Of a stretch of 64,000 nt of DNA, positions 26,201 through 35,279 are shown piece by piece (within the stretch, counting starts at the first letter, position 1; each line of letters opens with the position of its first letter). This stretch comes from Ignavibacteriales bacterium. Lineage in GTDB: Bacteria > Bacteroidota > Ignavibacteria > Ignavibacteriales > Melioribacteraceae. The notes beneath the pieces were generated by a model. The model did not search any database, was not told the DNA's origin, and saw only the letters and a list, made by a program, of their open reading frames with translations. A program made the position numbers and the translations under genes. The DNA lies in contig JAPLFF010000003.1 in the NCBI GenBank assembly GCA_026390775.1, positions 679,858 through 743,857 of the forward strand. The letters run 5' to 3'.

Positions 26201-26673
26201 TCTCTATTTGTCCCGATTGTAAAACCTCTTACAATTGCGCCGCTCTTCTGCATATTACTGCCAAAAATAGTTTCGCTTGTAAAAGGAATTTCTCTTTTCG
26301 CAATACGAATTGTATCTAAGTTTTTATCGTCATAACGAACGGTTAAACTTCTTCGTTTGTATTCTTTATTCAGATTTAGTTTTATGGTTTGATAAGAAAT
26401 AAAAAGTGTATCGAGTAGAGAGCATTTAGAATTTTCTGTTAGTGAAATTACTCCATTTGAGTAATCAATTTTATATTCTGAAGTTGTTAGTAAACGAGAA
26501 GATATTCTAATCTTTTCCGTGGATGGAAGAATATTAAGAGATCGAATTCTGTAAGTATTGTTTATGTTGATAAGAAGAGTATCTTTAGTAAAAACTGATG
26601 GAGAAAGTCCTTGCGCTGAAATTTGCGAAGCAAAAAAAGAGATATAGAGTAAAAAGATTAGATTTTTTTTCAA
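23215..26673 (-). CDS. Large (1152 aa) secreted protein, probable outer-membrane beta-barrel, family not recognised
   Basis: Signal peptide is [21 protein letters not shown]. Long stretches of alternating-polarity beta-strand-like sequence are rich in N/S/T/Y/F/R. The C-terminal ...RAEARAYF ends in Phe, as in OMP beta-signals. TTG start. Confidence 0.6.
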   Translation of the reverse strand: [1152 protein letters not shown]

Positions 26674-26743
26674 GAGTATGTTTCTATTAATTCTGTAAAA
26701 TAAATCTAAACCTATACTCCTTCTAATTCAAGATGATTTGGAA

Positions 26744-27970
26744 TTACTCGTAACGGAGAGCTTCAATTGGATCAAGATTGGAAGCCTTCATTGCAGGATA
26801 AACACCGAATACTACTCCGACAAATGTTGTTACAAGCACACCAATAATTATCCATTCGACAGGTAAGATAATAGAGACACCTAATTGCAAAGCAACTAAA
26901 TTCCCGCCAAGAACACCAAAAAATATTCCGATTAAACCGCCGAACCAGCTAAGTGAAACTGCTTCAACTACAAATTGAGTTAGTATTGTTTTCTTTCGTG
27001 CGCCGATTGCTTTTCTAATTCCAATTTCGCGCGTCCGCTCTGTTACACTGACAAGCATGATATTCATAATACCTACTCCTGCGGCAAGCAAAGAAATAAA
27101 AGCAATGACTGCGGCGCCAAGTTTAAAATATTTTGTCAGATCATTAAACTGTTGTATCAACTGTTCATTTGTAATGAGTTCAAAATCATTTTCCTGTCCG
27201 CTCCCAACTTTTCTGATTTTTCGCATCGCTCCAATTACTTCATCCATAGTTGCATCGATTAAATTTTTATTCTGACACATCACAATAATTGAAGCGCTCC
27301 TTTCGGTACCAAAACATTTTTCAAATGTTCCTAAAGGGATAGCAACAAAATTATCTTGAGATTGACCAAAAATTGAACCTCGTTTCTCAAAAACACCCGC
27401 GACTTCAAAATTGAAATTATCTATTTTGATTTGCTGACCAAGAGGTGAAATATTTTTAAATAGCTTATCAACTATATCTGTCCCGATAACAACTGTAGGT
27501 CGAGAATATTCATAATCGGCAGCAGATAAATTTCTTCCTTCACCAATTTTTAACTCTCTGGCAGTGAAGTAATCTTTATTTACACCGGCAACACTAACAT
27601 TCGGGTTTGTTTTTATATTATTATATTTTATGGTTCTGCCACCAGTGCCGATAGCGATTCCGATAGCAGCCGGAAGTTGTGTCATCCCTTTTAATTTTTC
27701 ACCTTGATCTATTGTTAAATTTTTACGGTTGTGGTTTCTTCCTCTATCATGCGGACCAAGTTGGATTGCAGGCCATTTTGAAACTATAAAATTATTCGAA
27801 CCGATTTGATTAAAAATATCTTCAAAGCTTTGTTGAATTGCACTGATTGCCGTCATTACAATAATTATTGAAAACAATCCGACTGCGATTCCAAGCAAAG
27901 TTAAAAATGATCTTAGCTTGTTTGCTATGATAGAACTAAATGCGAGTTTAATACTTTCAAAAAAATGCAT
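26744..27970 (-). CDS. MacB/FtsX-type ABC permease, subtype B copy 2
   Basis: 408 aa with N-terminal TM, a large periplasmic domain and a C-terminal FtsX 3-TM module containing SVTERTREIGIRKAIGAR. It ends ...DPIEALRYE. Confidence 0.88.
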   Translation of the reverse strand: MHFFESIKLAFSSIIANKLRSFLTLLGIAVGLFSIIIVMTAISAIQQSFEDIFNQIGSNNFIVSKWPAIQLGPHDRGRNHNRKNLTIDQGEKLKGMTQLPAAIGIAIGTGGRTIKYNNIKTNPNVSVAGVNKDYFTARELKIGEGRNLSAADYEYSRPTVVIGTDIVDKLFKNISPLGQQIKIDNFNFEVAGVFEKRGSIFGQSQDNFVAIPLGTFEKCFGTERSASIIVMCQNKNLIDATMDEVIGAMRKIRKVGSGQENDFELITNEQLIQQFNDLTKYFKLGAAVIAFISLLAAGVGIMNIMLVSVTERTREIGIRKAIGARKKTILTQFVVEAVSLSWFGGLIGIFFGVLGGNLVALQLGVSIILPVEWIIIGVLVTTFVGVVFGVYPAMKASNLDPIEALRYE

Positions 27971-27975
27971 ATCAA

Positions 27976-29211
27976 TTACTCATAACGTAATGAATCAACC
28001 GGATTAAGTTTTGAAGCTTTCCAAGCCGGTAAAAATCCGGATATTACACCAACTAATGCAGAAATTAATAACGAAATAAAAACAATATCTAAAGGCATTG
28101 TTGTAGGCAAAAATTGATTAATAACTAAACTCAAAGGGAAAGAAATAATTAATCCAATAATTCCGCCCATAATACAAAGTATAGCAGCTTCGGTTAAAAA
28201 TTGAAAAAGTATAGACCACGTTTTTGCACCGATAGCTTTTCTTATTCCAATTTCTCTTGTCCGTTCAGTTACGGAAACAAACATGATGTTCATAATTCCA
28301 ATAGCTCCGACAAAAAGCGAAAGAGCTGTAATTACTATTCCGGCTACAGCAACAATTCCAATTGTTTTATCATACATATCTTTTAGTGCTTCTTGTTGAT
28401 TTATTGCAAAGTCATCAGGTTTATCCAAAGGAACTTTTCTGATGACACGCATGGCAGAAATAATTTCTTCTTTTGCATCTTCAAGTTTTGAAACATCACC
28501 AATCTTAATATCAATTCTTAATCTTTGATGCCTGTTGCTAATAACTGTCTCAAAAGTTTTCAAAGGCATAATTACCTGTCCATCCATACTAAAAGCACCC
28601 ATCATACCGCTGCCTTGTTTTTCCAGAACCCCAATAACTTGCATCGGGACATTATTAATTTTTATGTATTGATTAAGCGGACTTTCCGTAGGGAATAATT
28701 CATCCGCAATATCTTTACCAACAACACAAACTCTTCTACCGGCTTTAACATCAAGATCACTTAAAAATCTTCCTTCTGCCGGATTAACATTGCCGGTTTT
28801 TTGATAATCTTCTGTGGTACCAAAAACTAAAGTTGCTTGAACAGATTTATCTTTCCTTTTTATTCCAGCACCAAACGTACTTTTACTTGGTGCCATTGCT
28901 TCATAATTTTTTAGCACAGAACGAAGTTTTTCATACTGTTCATAAGTAATATCTTTTCTGTTTCTGTACTGACTCCAGTCACCCATTGCAAACCAAGGAA
29001 ACTTATCTACATAAAGTACATCGCTTCCAAAGGATGATATTGAACTAATGAATGCTTCACGAAGACCAACAATAGCCGTTGACATTGTTGTTACGGCAAC
29101 AATTCCAATTATGATTCCCAATGTTGTTAATACAGAACGGAGTTTGTTTGCACGCATTGCTCGAAGAGCGATGGACAGGATTTCTTGAAATTCAATAAGG
29201 AAAATTCTCAT
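27976..29211 (-). CDS. MacB/FtsX-type ABC permease, subtype A copy 2
   Basis: The ORF track starts at 29259. I prefer Met at 29211 (MRIFLIEFQEILSIALRAMRANKLRSVLTTLGI) by alignment with the subtype-A paralog and to clear the upstream hairpin. It has the SVTERTREIGIRKAIGAK motif. Confidence 0.85.
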   Translation of the reverse strand: MRIFLIEFQEILSIALRAMRANKLRSVLTTLGIIIGIVAVTTMSTAIVGLREAFISSISSFGSDVLYVDKFPWFAMGDWSQYRNRKDITYEQYEKLRSVLKNYEAMAPSKSTFGAGIKRKDKSVQATLVFGTTEDYQKTGNVNPAEGRFLSDLDVKAGRRVCVVGKDIADELFPTESPLNQYIKINNVPMQVIGVLEKQGSGMMGAFSMDGQVIMPLKTFETVISNRHQRLRIDIKIGDVSKLEDAKEEIISAMRVIRKVPLDKPDDFAINQQEALKDMYDKTIGIVAVAGIVITALSLFVGAIGIMNIMFVSVTERTREIGIRKAIGAKTWSILFQFLTEAAILCIMGGIIGLIISFPLSLVINQFLPTTMPLDIVFISLLISALVGVISGFLPAWKASKLNPVDSLRYE

Positions 29212-29257
29212 GCCGTTAAAATATTTATTACGGACATTAATATGCAATTTTAAAATC

Positions 29258-29297
29258 AAAAAAAAAGCAGTCCTACATTTATACTTGACTGCTTTTT
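29258..29297 (-). terminator. Terminator-like hairpin between permease pair 1 and pair 2
   Basis: On the minus strand AGCAGTC-(14-nt loop)-GACTGCT is followed by a run of nine U (complement of A-run 29258-29266). The long loop lowers confidence. Confidence 0.5.
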
Positions 29298-29308
29298 GTA
29301 AAAAAATC

Positions 29309-30541
29309 TTATTCGTATCTGAGAGCTTCTATAGGATCAAGATTGGCAGCTTTGTAGGCGGGATAAGTACCAAAAGTTACTCCAATTAACACACAAAGAA
29401 ATACTCCAATAAGAACCCAATCAATTGGAATTACAGCAGATGCTTTTAATAATGAACCTGCTAAATTTCCGACAGCCACCCCAAGGATAATTCCTATTAT
29501 ACCTCCCATCAAACTTAATGCAACTGATTCGATTAAGAATTGAACTAGTATATTAAACTTTCTTGCACCAATAGCTTTTCTAATTCCAATCTCTCTTGTT
29601 CTCTCAGTAACAGATACTAACATAATATTCATAATACCAATACCGGCAGCAAGAAGTGCAATTGCAGCTATAACTATTGAACCGATTCGAACACCATTTG
29701 TTATACCATTTATCTGAGTTAAAAGTGATTCATTAGAAAAGAAATCAAAATTATTTTCTTCGCTGGCTTTTAACCCTCTTACAACTCTAAAGTATCCTTC
29801 TGCAAATTCTATAACATCATTATAGGATTCTTTATTGTAAGTCATTACTGTAATATTCACACTGTTACTTCGTCTTCCATAATAATTTTGAAACGTTGTA
29901 ATTGGAACGATCGCAATATTATCCTGACTTTGACCAAATACAGCACCTTGAGATTCAAGAACACCAATTACTGTTAATTTATGTCCATCCAATGTAATAA
30001 TGTTATCTAAAGCATTTTTATTTGGAAATAATTTCTTAGCAACATCAGATCCTAGAACTATGAAATTTTCATACCGTTGAATGTCGCGGTCGTTAAATGC
30101 ACGCCCGTCTTCAATATTCCATTTGTTATTTGGAAATGCTTCAATTGTACAACCACATATTTGAATATTAGGATTTGTTTCTACGTTACCAATTTTCATT
30201 TGCTTACCGAAGTTCCATTGTTCAGCTCCGACAGATTTAGCTTCGACAAGTTTTTCTTTTAGTCTGTAGTATTCATCCAAAGTGATATCCGGTCTGTTGC
30301 GGAACTTAGCTCTTTCTGATGGTCCGCCAGTATTGAATGCCGGGAATTTTTGAATTTGAAAAGTATTTTGCCCTAATTGTGATACTCCTTGTTCAATACT
30401 TTTCTGCAAAACTTCAATTATGGTACTGATTGCTATAATTGAAAATATTCCGACTACAATTCCAAGAATAGTTAAAGAAGAACGTAATCTATTTGTACGA
30501 AGTGAATTTAAAGAGACTTTTACTACTTCAATAATTTTCAT
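29309..30541 (-). CDS. MacB/FtsX-type ABC permease, subtype B copy 1
   Basis: 410 aa. Its N-terminus and periplasmic domain align best with 26744..27970. Its start overlaps the upstream stop by 1 nt (TAATG). Confidence 0.88.
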   Translation of the reverse strand: MKIIEVVKVSLNSLRTNRLRSSLTILGIVVGIFSIIAISTIIEVLQKSIEQGVSQLGQNTFQIQKFPAFNTGGPSERAKFRNRPDITLDEYYRLKEKLVEAKSVGAEQWNFGKQMKIGNVETNPNIQICGCTIEAFPNNKWNIEDGRAFNDRDIQRYENFIVLGSDVAKKLFPNKNALDNIITLDGHKLTVIGVLESQGAVFGQSQDNIAIVPITTFQNYYGRRSNSVNITVMTYNKESYNDVIEFAEGYFRVVRGLKASEENNFDFFSNESLLTQINGITNGVRIGSIVIAAIALLAAGIGIMNIMLVSVTERTREIGIRKAIGARKFNILVQFLIESVALSLMGGIIGIILGVAVGNLAGSLLKASAVIPIDWVLIGVFLCVLIGVTFGTYPAYKAANLDPIEALRYE

Positions 30542-31779
30542 TACTCATACCTCAAAGCTTCTACCGGATCTAATTTTGCAGCCATATAAGCCGGTGCAAA
30601 ACCGGAAAGTATTCCTGTGATTATCGAAATTACGATTGCAAGAATAAACGCATCCGCTTGAATTGATGTAGGAAGAAATTGATTAATAACTAAACTCAGT
30701 ATTATTGCTATTACCAGTCCTATCATACCTCCTATCAAACATATAATTGCAGCTTCCGTAATGAACTGACCAAGGATAGTTCTTCTTTTAGCGCCAATAG
30801 CTTTTCTAATTCCTATCTCCCGGGTTCTTTCTTTAACAGAAACAAACATGATATTCATAATTCCTATTGCACCAACAAATAAAGATAAACCGGTAATGAA
30901 GAAACCCGCAATCTGAATTACTCCAATTGTTTGATTGATAGTTTTTAATAACGCTTCTTGTTGATTGATAGAAAAATCATTTATCTCGTTATACTTTAAT
31001 CCGCGGACTCTTCTCATAATTCCAACAGCTTCTTCTTTAACAGCTTCAACCATGGCACTATTTTCGGCGCGCACGTTGAAAGTAACACTTCTTAAATTTT
31101 CATTCTGGAAATACTTAAATACATTTTGTATTGGAAGAAAAGCTTGGTTATCAGGATTAAAATTTCCCATAACCCAACTTCCTTGTTCAGAAAGAACTCC
31201 AACAATTTTAAATTTATGTCCTTTGATTTTGACAAACTGATCTAACGCCCCGCCTCTGGGGAAAAGTTTTTTTGCAACTTCACTTCCAAGAACAACAACT
31301 TCTCTTCCACCGTTGCTTTCTATTTCATTAAAAAATCTTCCTTCACTAAAAGATAGATTTGTTGTTTTGATGTAATCTTCATTTGTACCTTGAAGGATAA
31401 TAAACTCAACACTTCTCTCTCTGTATTTAACTGTTTGATTACTCCATACAGTTGGGGCTGTGGCTATTGGTAATTTAGCTAAGTCTTTATACTTTTTATA
31501 TTCATCTAAAGAAAGATTACGTCGGTTTCTCATTTCCCACCAAGGAATATCATTGCTGAACCATTGCCATTTATCAATGTATAAATTATCCGAACCGAGA
31601 GAAGCAACTCCCTTCTGAAAGGCATTGTCAATTCCTTTAATTGCGGTTGACATGATAACAACTGAAGCAATTCCTATTACAATTCCGAGTGTAGTTAAGA
31701 CAGCACGAACTTTATTGGCGCGGATAGCACGTAAAGAAATTGCCAAACCTTCTTTCAGTTCAAATAAAAAGTTGTTCAT
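30541..31779 (-). CDS. MacB/FtsX-type ABC permease, subtype A copy 1
   Basis: 412 aa, aligning best with 27976..29211 (LRAIRANKVRAVLTTLGIVIGIASVV vs LRAMRANKLRSVLTTLGIIIGIVAVT). Confidence 0.88.
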   Translation of the reverse strand: MNNFLFELKEGLAISLRAIRANKVRAVLTTLGIVIGIASVVIMSTAIKGIDNAFQKGVASLGSDNLYIDKWQWFSNDIPWWEMRNRRNLSLDEYKKYKDLAKLPIATAPTVWSNQTVKYRERSVEFIILQGTNEDYIKTTNLSFSEGRFFNEIESNGGREVVVLGSEVAKKLFPRGGALDQFVKIKGHKFKIVGVLSEQGSWVMGNFNPDNQAFLPIQNVFKYFQNENLRSVTFNVRAENSAMVEAVKEEAVGIMRRVRGLKYNEINDFSINQQEALLKTINQTIGVIQIAGFFITGLSLFVGAIGIMNIMFVSVKERTREIGIRKAIGAKRRTILGQFITEAAIICLIGGMIGLVIAIILSLVINQFLPTSIQADAFILAIVISIITGILSGFAPAYMAAKLDPVEALRYE

Positions 31780-31789
31780 TTATATTCCT

Positions 31790-32512
31790 TTATACCTTTG
31801 AGAAACCGTTTTTCTTCGGTACAAATCTCTTTGTTACTATTTCGTCTTTTTCAATTAGTCCATCTCTTAATCGGATGATTCTTGCGGCATGTTCTGCAAT
31901 ATATTCTTCGTGAGTCACTAGAATTATTGTGTTTCCTAATTCATAGATATCGTTGAAAAGTGCCATGATGTCTTCGCCGGTTTTAGTATCGAGATTTCCG
32001 GTTGGTTCATCTGCAAGAATAATTGAAGGTTTTGTGACTAATGCGCGAGCAATCGAAACACGTTGTCTTTGTCCACCTGAAAGTTCATTGGGTTTGTGAT
32101 GAATACGGTCGGATAAGCCTACTTGCTCTAGTGCAAGCCGTGCACGTTCTTTCCTTTCGGATGATGAAACTCCAGCATAGATTAAAGGAAGTTCAACGTT
32201 GTGTAAGGCATCCGATCTTGCTAATAAATTGAATGTTTGAAATACAAACCCAATCTCTTTGTTTCTGATTGCAGCGAGTTCATTATCATTCATCTGACTA
32301 ACATTATTCCCTTTGAAATCATAAATACCTTTTGTGGGAGTATCCAAGCAGCCAAGCATATTCATTAAAGTTGACTTACCGGAACCCGACGGACCCATGA
32401 TCGCAACGTATTCATTTTTATTTATCTTCAGCGAAACATCTCTAAGCGCATGTACTTCTTCACTACCCACCTGATATATTTTAGCTATGTGTTCAATATT
32501 TATAATATTCAT
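31790..32512 (-). CDS. ABC transporter ATP-binding protein (MacB/LolD-type)
   Basis: 240 aa with [35 protein letters not shown] and VTHE. All catalytic motifs are intact. Confidence 0.92.
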   Translation of the reverse strand: MNIINIEHIAKIYQVGSEEVHALRDVSLKINKNEYVAIMGPSGSGKSTLMNMLGCLDTPTKGIYDFKGNNVSQMNDNELAAIRNKEIGFVFQTFNLLARSDALHNVELPLIYAGVSSSERKERARLALEQVGLSDRIHHKPNELSGGQRQRVSIARALVTKPSIILADEPTGNLDTKTGEDIMALFNDIYELGNTIILVTHEEYIAEHAARIIRLRDGLIEKDEIVTKRFVPKKNGFSKV

Positions 32513-32535
32513 TTTTGTTCCGTTCTTTAGTTGAA

Positions 32536-33813
32536 TTACTTTTTCTCGGTTCCTTTACGCTTAGCTTGCATAGATACTTTTGAGCCATCTTCTAATTCTT
32601 TTGATATAGCACGATAAGGACCGCTGACAACTTCTTCGTCTTCTTTTAATCCGCTTAGAATCTCGATATAAGTATCGTCACTAATTCCTGTTTTAACTTC
32701 AATCATCTTTGTTTTATTTTCTTTAATTACAAAAACAACTTCTTTAGGTTTATTGCTTCTGTCTTTTTTAGCTTTTACTTCGTTTTCAGGTTGCACTCCC
32801 TGTGGTGTGCTTGTAATCGGTTTATCAATTCTTGCAGTAACACTTTGTATCGGCACTGTTAATACATTTTGCTTTTTCTCTGTTTCAATATCAGCATCGC
32901 AAGACATTCCGGGTCTAATACTGTTTCCTGCATTTACAATAAGCACCTTTACTTCAAAGTTTACAACTTCATCCTGAGTTCCAAGACCTTTTGTTACAGC
33001 ACTGTTTCCAATTTGAGTAACTACTCCTTTGAAGGTTTTATCGGAGAATGCATCAACATGTACTTTTGCTGTATCACCAACTGAAATTAAGACAACATCA
33101 TTTTCATCTACATTAACAGTAGCTTCCATTTTGCTTAGATCTGCTACGGTTAGCATTTCAGTTCCTGGACTGAAACCGCTTCCTAAAACTCTTTCGCTCA
33201 GATCAATATTTCGTTTGCTTATCGTTCCATTCATAGGAGAATAAACAATCGTTTTATTAAGATTTGTAATAGCGTCTTTCAAAGAAGCTTCTGCTTGAGT
33301 TACACCGGATTTTGAAGATTCGTAATTACTAAGTGTTTGCAGATAAGTTGATTTAGCAGCTTCGAGTTCAGAATCGCTTGCCAATTTTTTCTGAGCTAAA
33401 CCTTGAATTCGTTTATAATCGGATTCAACTTTATCAAGCTGTGCTTTTGTAGAACTCAATGATGACTTGGCTTGATCAAGCCGAGCCGCAGCCATGTTAC
33501 GTTGGGCTTCATAATTATCAGGCTTTATTCTTAAAAGTAACTGCCCCTTTCTAACAACGTCTCCTTCTCTCACAGCCAGATCAACAATTTCTCCGGTTGC
33601 CTCGGCACTAATCTTAACTTGATAGACAGGATTTATTTTGCCGGTTGCAGAAACAACTTGAGTTACATTTCTCTTTTCCACTTTTTCAGTTTGGACTGTT
33701 ACGATATCTTCTTTATTACCGCTGAAGACAACAAGCAAGAGTATAACAAGAAGAAGAAGTCCCAATCCTCCAAATATAAAAAGTTTCTTTTTTGATTTTT
33801 TCCCGTTAGCCAT
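32536..33813 (-). CDS. HlyD/MacA-family periplasmic adaptor (membrane fusion protein)
   Basis: 425 aa with N-terminal TM, lipoyl-like halves flanking a coiled-coil hairpin, and a beta-barrel domain. Confidence 0.88.
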   Translation of the reverse strand: MANGKKSKKKLFIFGGLGLLLLVILLLVVFSGNKEDIVTVQTEKVEKRNVTQVVSATGKINPVYQVKISAEATGEIVDLAVREGDVVRKGQLLLRIKPDNYEAQRNMAAARLDQAKSSLSSTKAQLDKVESDYKRIQGLAQKKLASDSELEAAKSTYLQTLSNYESSKSGVTQAEASLKDAITNLNKTIVYSPMNGTISKRNIDLSERVLGSGFSPGTEMLTVADLSKMEATVNVDENDVVLISVGDTAKVHVDAFSDKTFKGVVTQIGNSAVTKGLGTQDEVVNFEVKVLIVNAGNSIRPGMSCDADIETEKKQNVLTVPIQSVTARIDKPITSTPQGVQPENEVKAKKDRSNKPKEVVFVIKENKTKMIEVKTGISDDTYIEILSGLKEDEEVVSGPYRAISKELEDGSKVSMQAKRKGTEKK

Positions 33814-33837
33814 TGTAATTAACTCCTTAATATAAAT

Positions 33838-35184
33838 TTATTCATATTTTGAAAATTCTAATCTACCGATAGCATTGTTTAGCTTATCGTGCTGGCGATA
33901 GAAATCATAACCAGCATTAATTTTATTTCGCAGTGCATCTTGATAATCTCTGCTTGCTTGTAGAACATCAAGTATAGTAGCTGAACCAAGGTTATATCTT
34001 TCTTGATTAATTTTTCTAGTCTCTTCAGCAGCAAAAACGCTCTTAGAAGCAACGTCTAAACTTTTTTTAGCCGCAACTAAATCTAAATATGTTTGTTTGA
34101 TTTCGATTTTAATTTGTCTCTCTAATGCAAGAAGATCTTCTTGAGCATTTAAAGCGTTAACCTTTGCAAATTGTATTTGGCTTTCAATCCCGAAATTTGA
34201 AAAGATAGGAACATTTAGCGAAAGACTTACAGACAGCTGTTTTCTGTTAAAGAGATCGCCGGTAGTAATTGCACTGGTGCCGTAAGAATAATTACCACTT
34301 AAGGATGGGAATATTCCGCTCTTAGCAATTGTAACTCCGCTTTCTGCTGCACTTAGATTTAACTGTGAACTTTTATAATCAAAACGATTATCCAAAGCTG
34401 CATTTACCATAGCTTGTATATCTTCAAAATCTTTCATGTAGGAATCAGTATCTAAAGTTTTTTTGGCAACAAAAGGATCTACAAGTGAGTAATCCTCGAG
34501 AACATTTAATGAAAGATAATTTAACAGTGCTGCTTTAGAAGATTCATAATTGTTCTGAGTTTGAATAAGTAATAGTTCTGCACTTCCCAACTGAACTTGG
34601 GCCGAATAAACATCCGCAAGTGTAATAGATCCTAAACGATTTCTTTCTTGAACTGTCTCGTAAAATTTTTGGAAATACTTAACATTTTCTTCACGAACAT
34701 TCATAAGTTCTTCTGCATTTAGCACAACGTAAAAATAATCTGTTGTGGTAAATACAATGTTCTGTTTTAGTTTTGAAATATTATACTCGCTTGCTTTCAC
34801 ATTATCTTTTCTTTCAGAAATTGTAGCGTAGTTTGCAAGACCATCAAAAAGTGTAACACTACCACCAACACCAACACTGTAACTTCTATTTTCGGCAATT
34901 GATGCAGGAATATCAGTTGTGTTTCCGAAGAAATCTCTCTGGACTCCACCTTTGTCATCTGTTCTTTGCCAGTTCCAGCTAGCAGAAGCTCCAAGACTTG
35001 GTAATAATGAACCATACGCATTCTTTAATTGAGATTCACTAGATAAAAGATTGTTCTTAGACTTAATTAGCAAAGTATTTTTTTGAAGAGCAATTGAAAT
35101 TGCTTCATCTAGAGTTAGCTTTTTCTGAGCATATACCGGTAATGCTAACAACAAAACAATAAATAAAATTAAATATCTTTTCAT
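33838..35184 (-). CDS. TolC-family outer-membrane efflux protein
   Basis: 448 aa with a signal peptide and the two internally repeated OEP halves (LTLDEAISIALQKN...; ...RFDYKSSQLNLSAAE...). Confidence 0.88.
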   Translation of the reverse strand: MKRYLILFIVLLLALPVYAQKKLTLDEAISIALQKNTLLIKSKNNLLSSESQLKNAYGSLLPSLGASASWNWQRTDDKGGVQRDFFGNTTDIPASIAENRSYSVGVGGSVTLFDGLANYATISERKDNVKASEYNISKLKQNIVFTTTDYFYVVLNAEELMNVREENVKYFQKFYETVQERNRLGSITLADVYSAQVQLGSAELLLIQTQNNYESSKAALLNYLSLNVLEDYSLVDPFVAKKTLDTDSYMKDFEDIQAMVNAALDNRFDYKSSQLNLSAAESGVTIAKSGIFPSLSGNYSYGTSAITTGDLFNRKQLSVSLSLNVPIFSNFGIESQIQFAKVNALNAQEDLLALERQIKIEIKQTYLDLVAAKKSLDVASKSVFAAEETRKINQERYNLGSATILDVLQASRDYQDALRNKINAGYDFYRQHDKLNNAIGRLEFSKYE

Positions 35185-35279
35185 TAGTCTCTCCTTTTGA
35201 GAACAATTAAGATTTACTTTCTTAAGTATTATGACGAGATAAGTACTGAAAAAGTTACATTCTAAAGATAAGAAGATGT

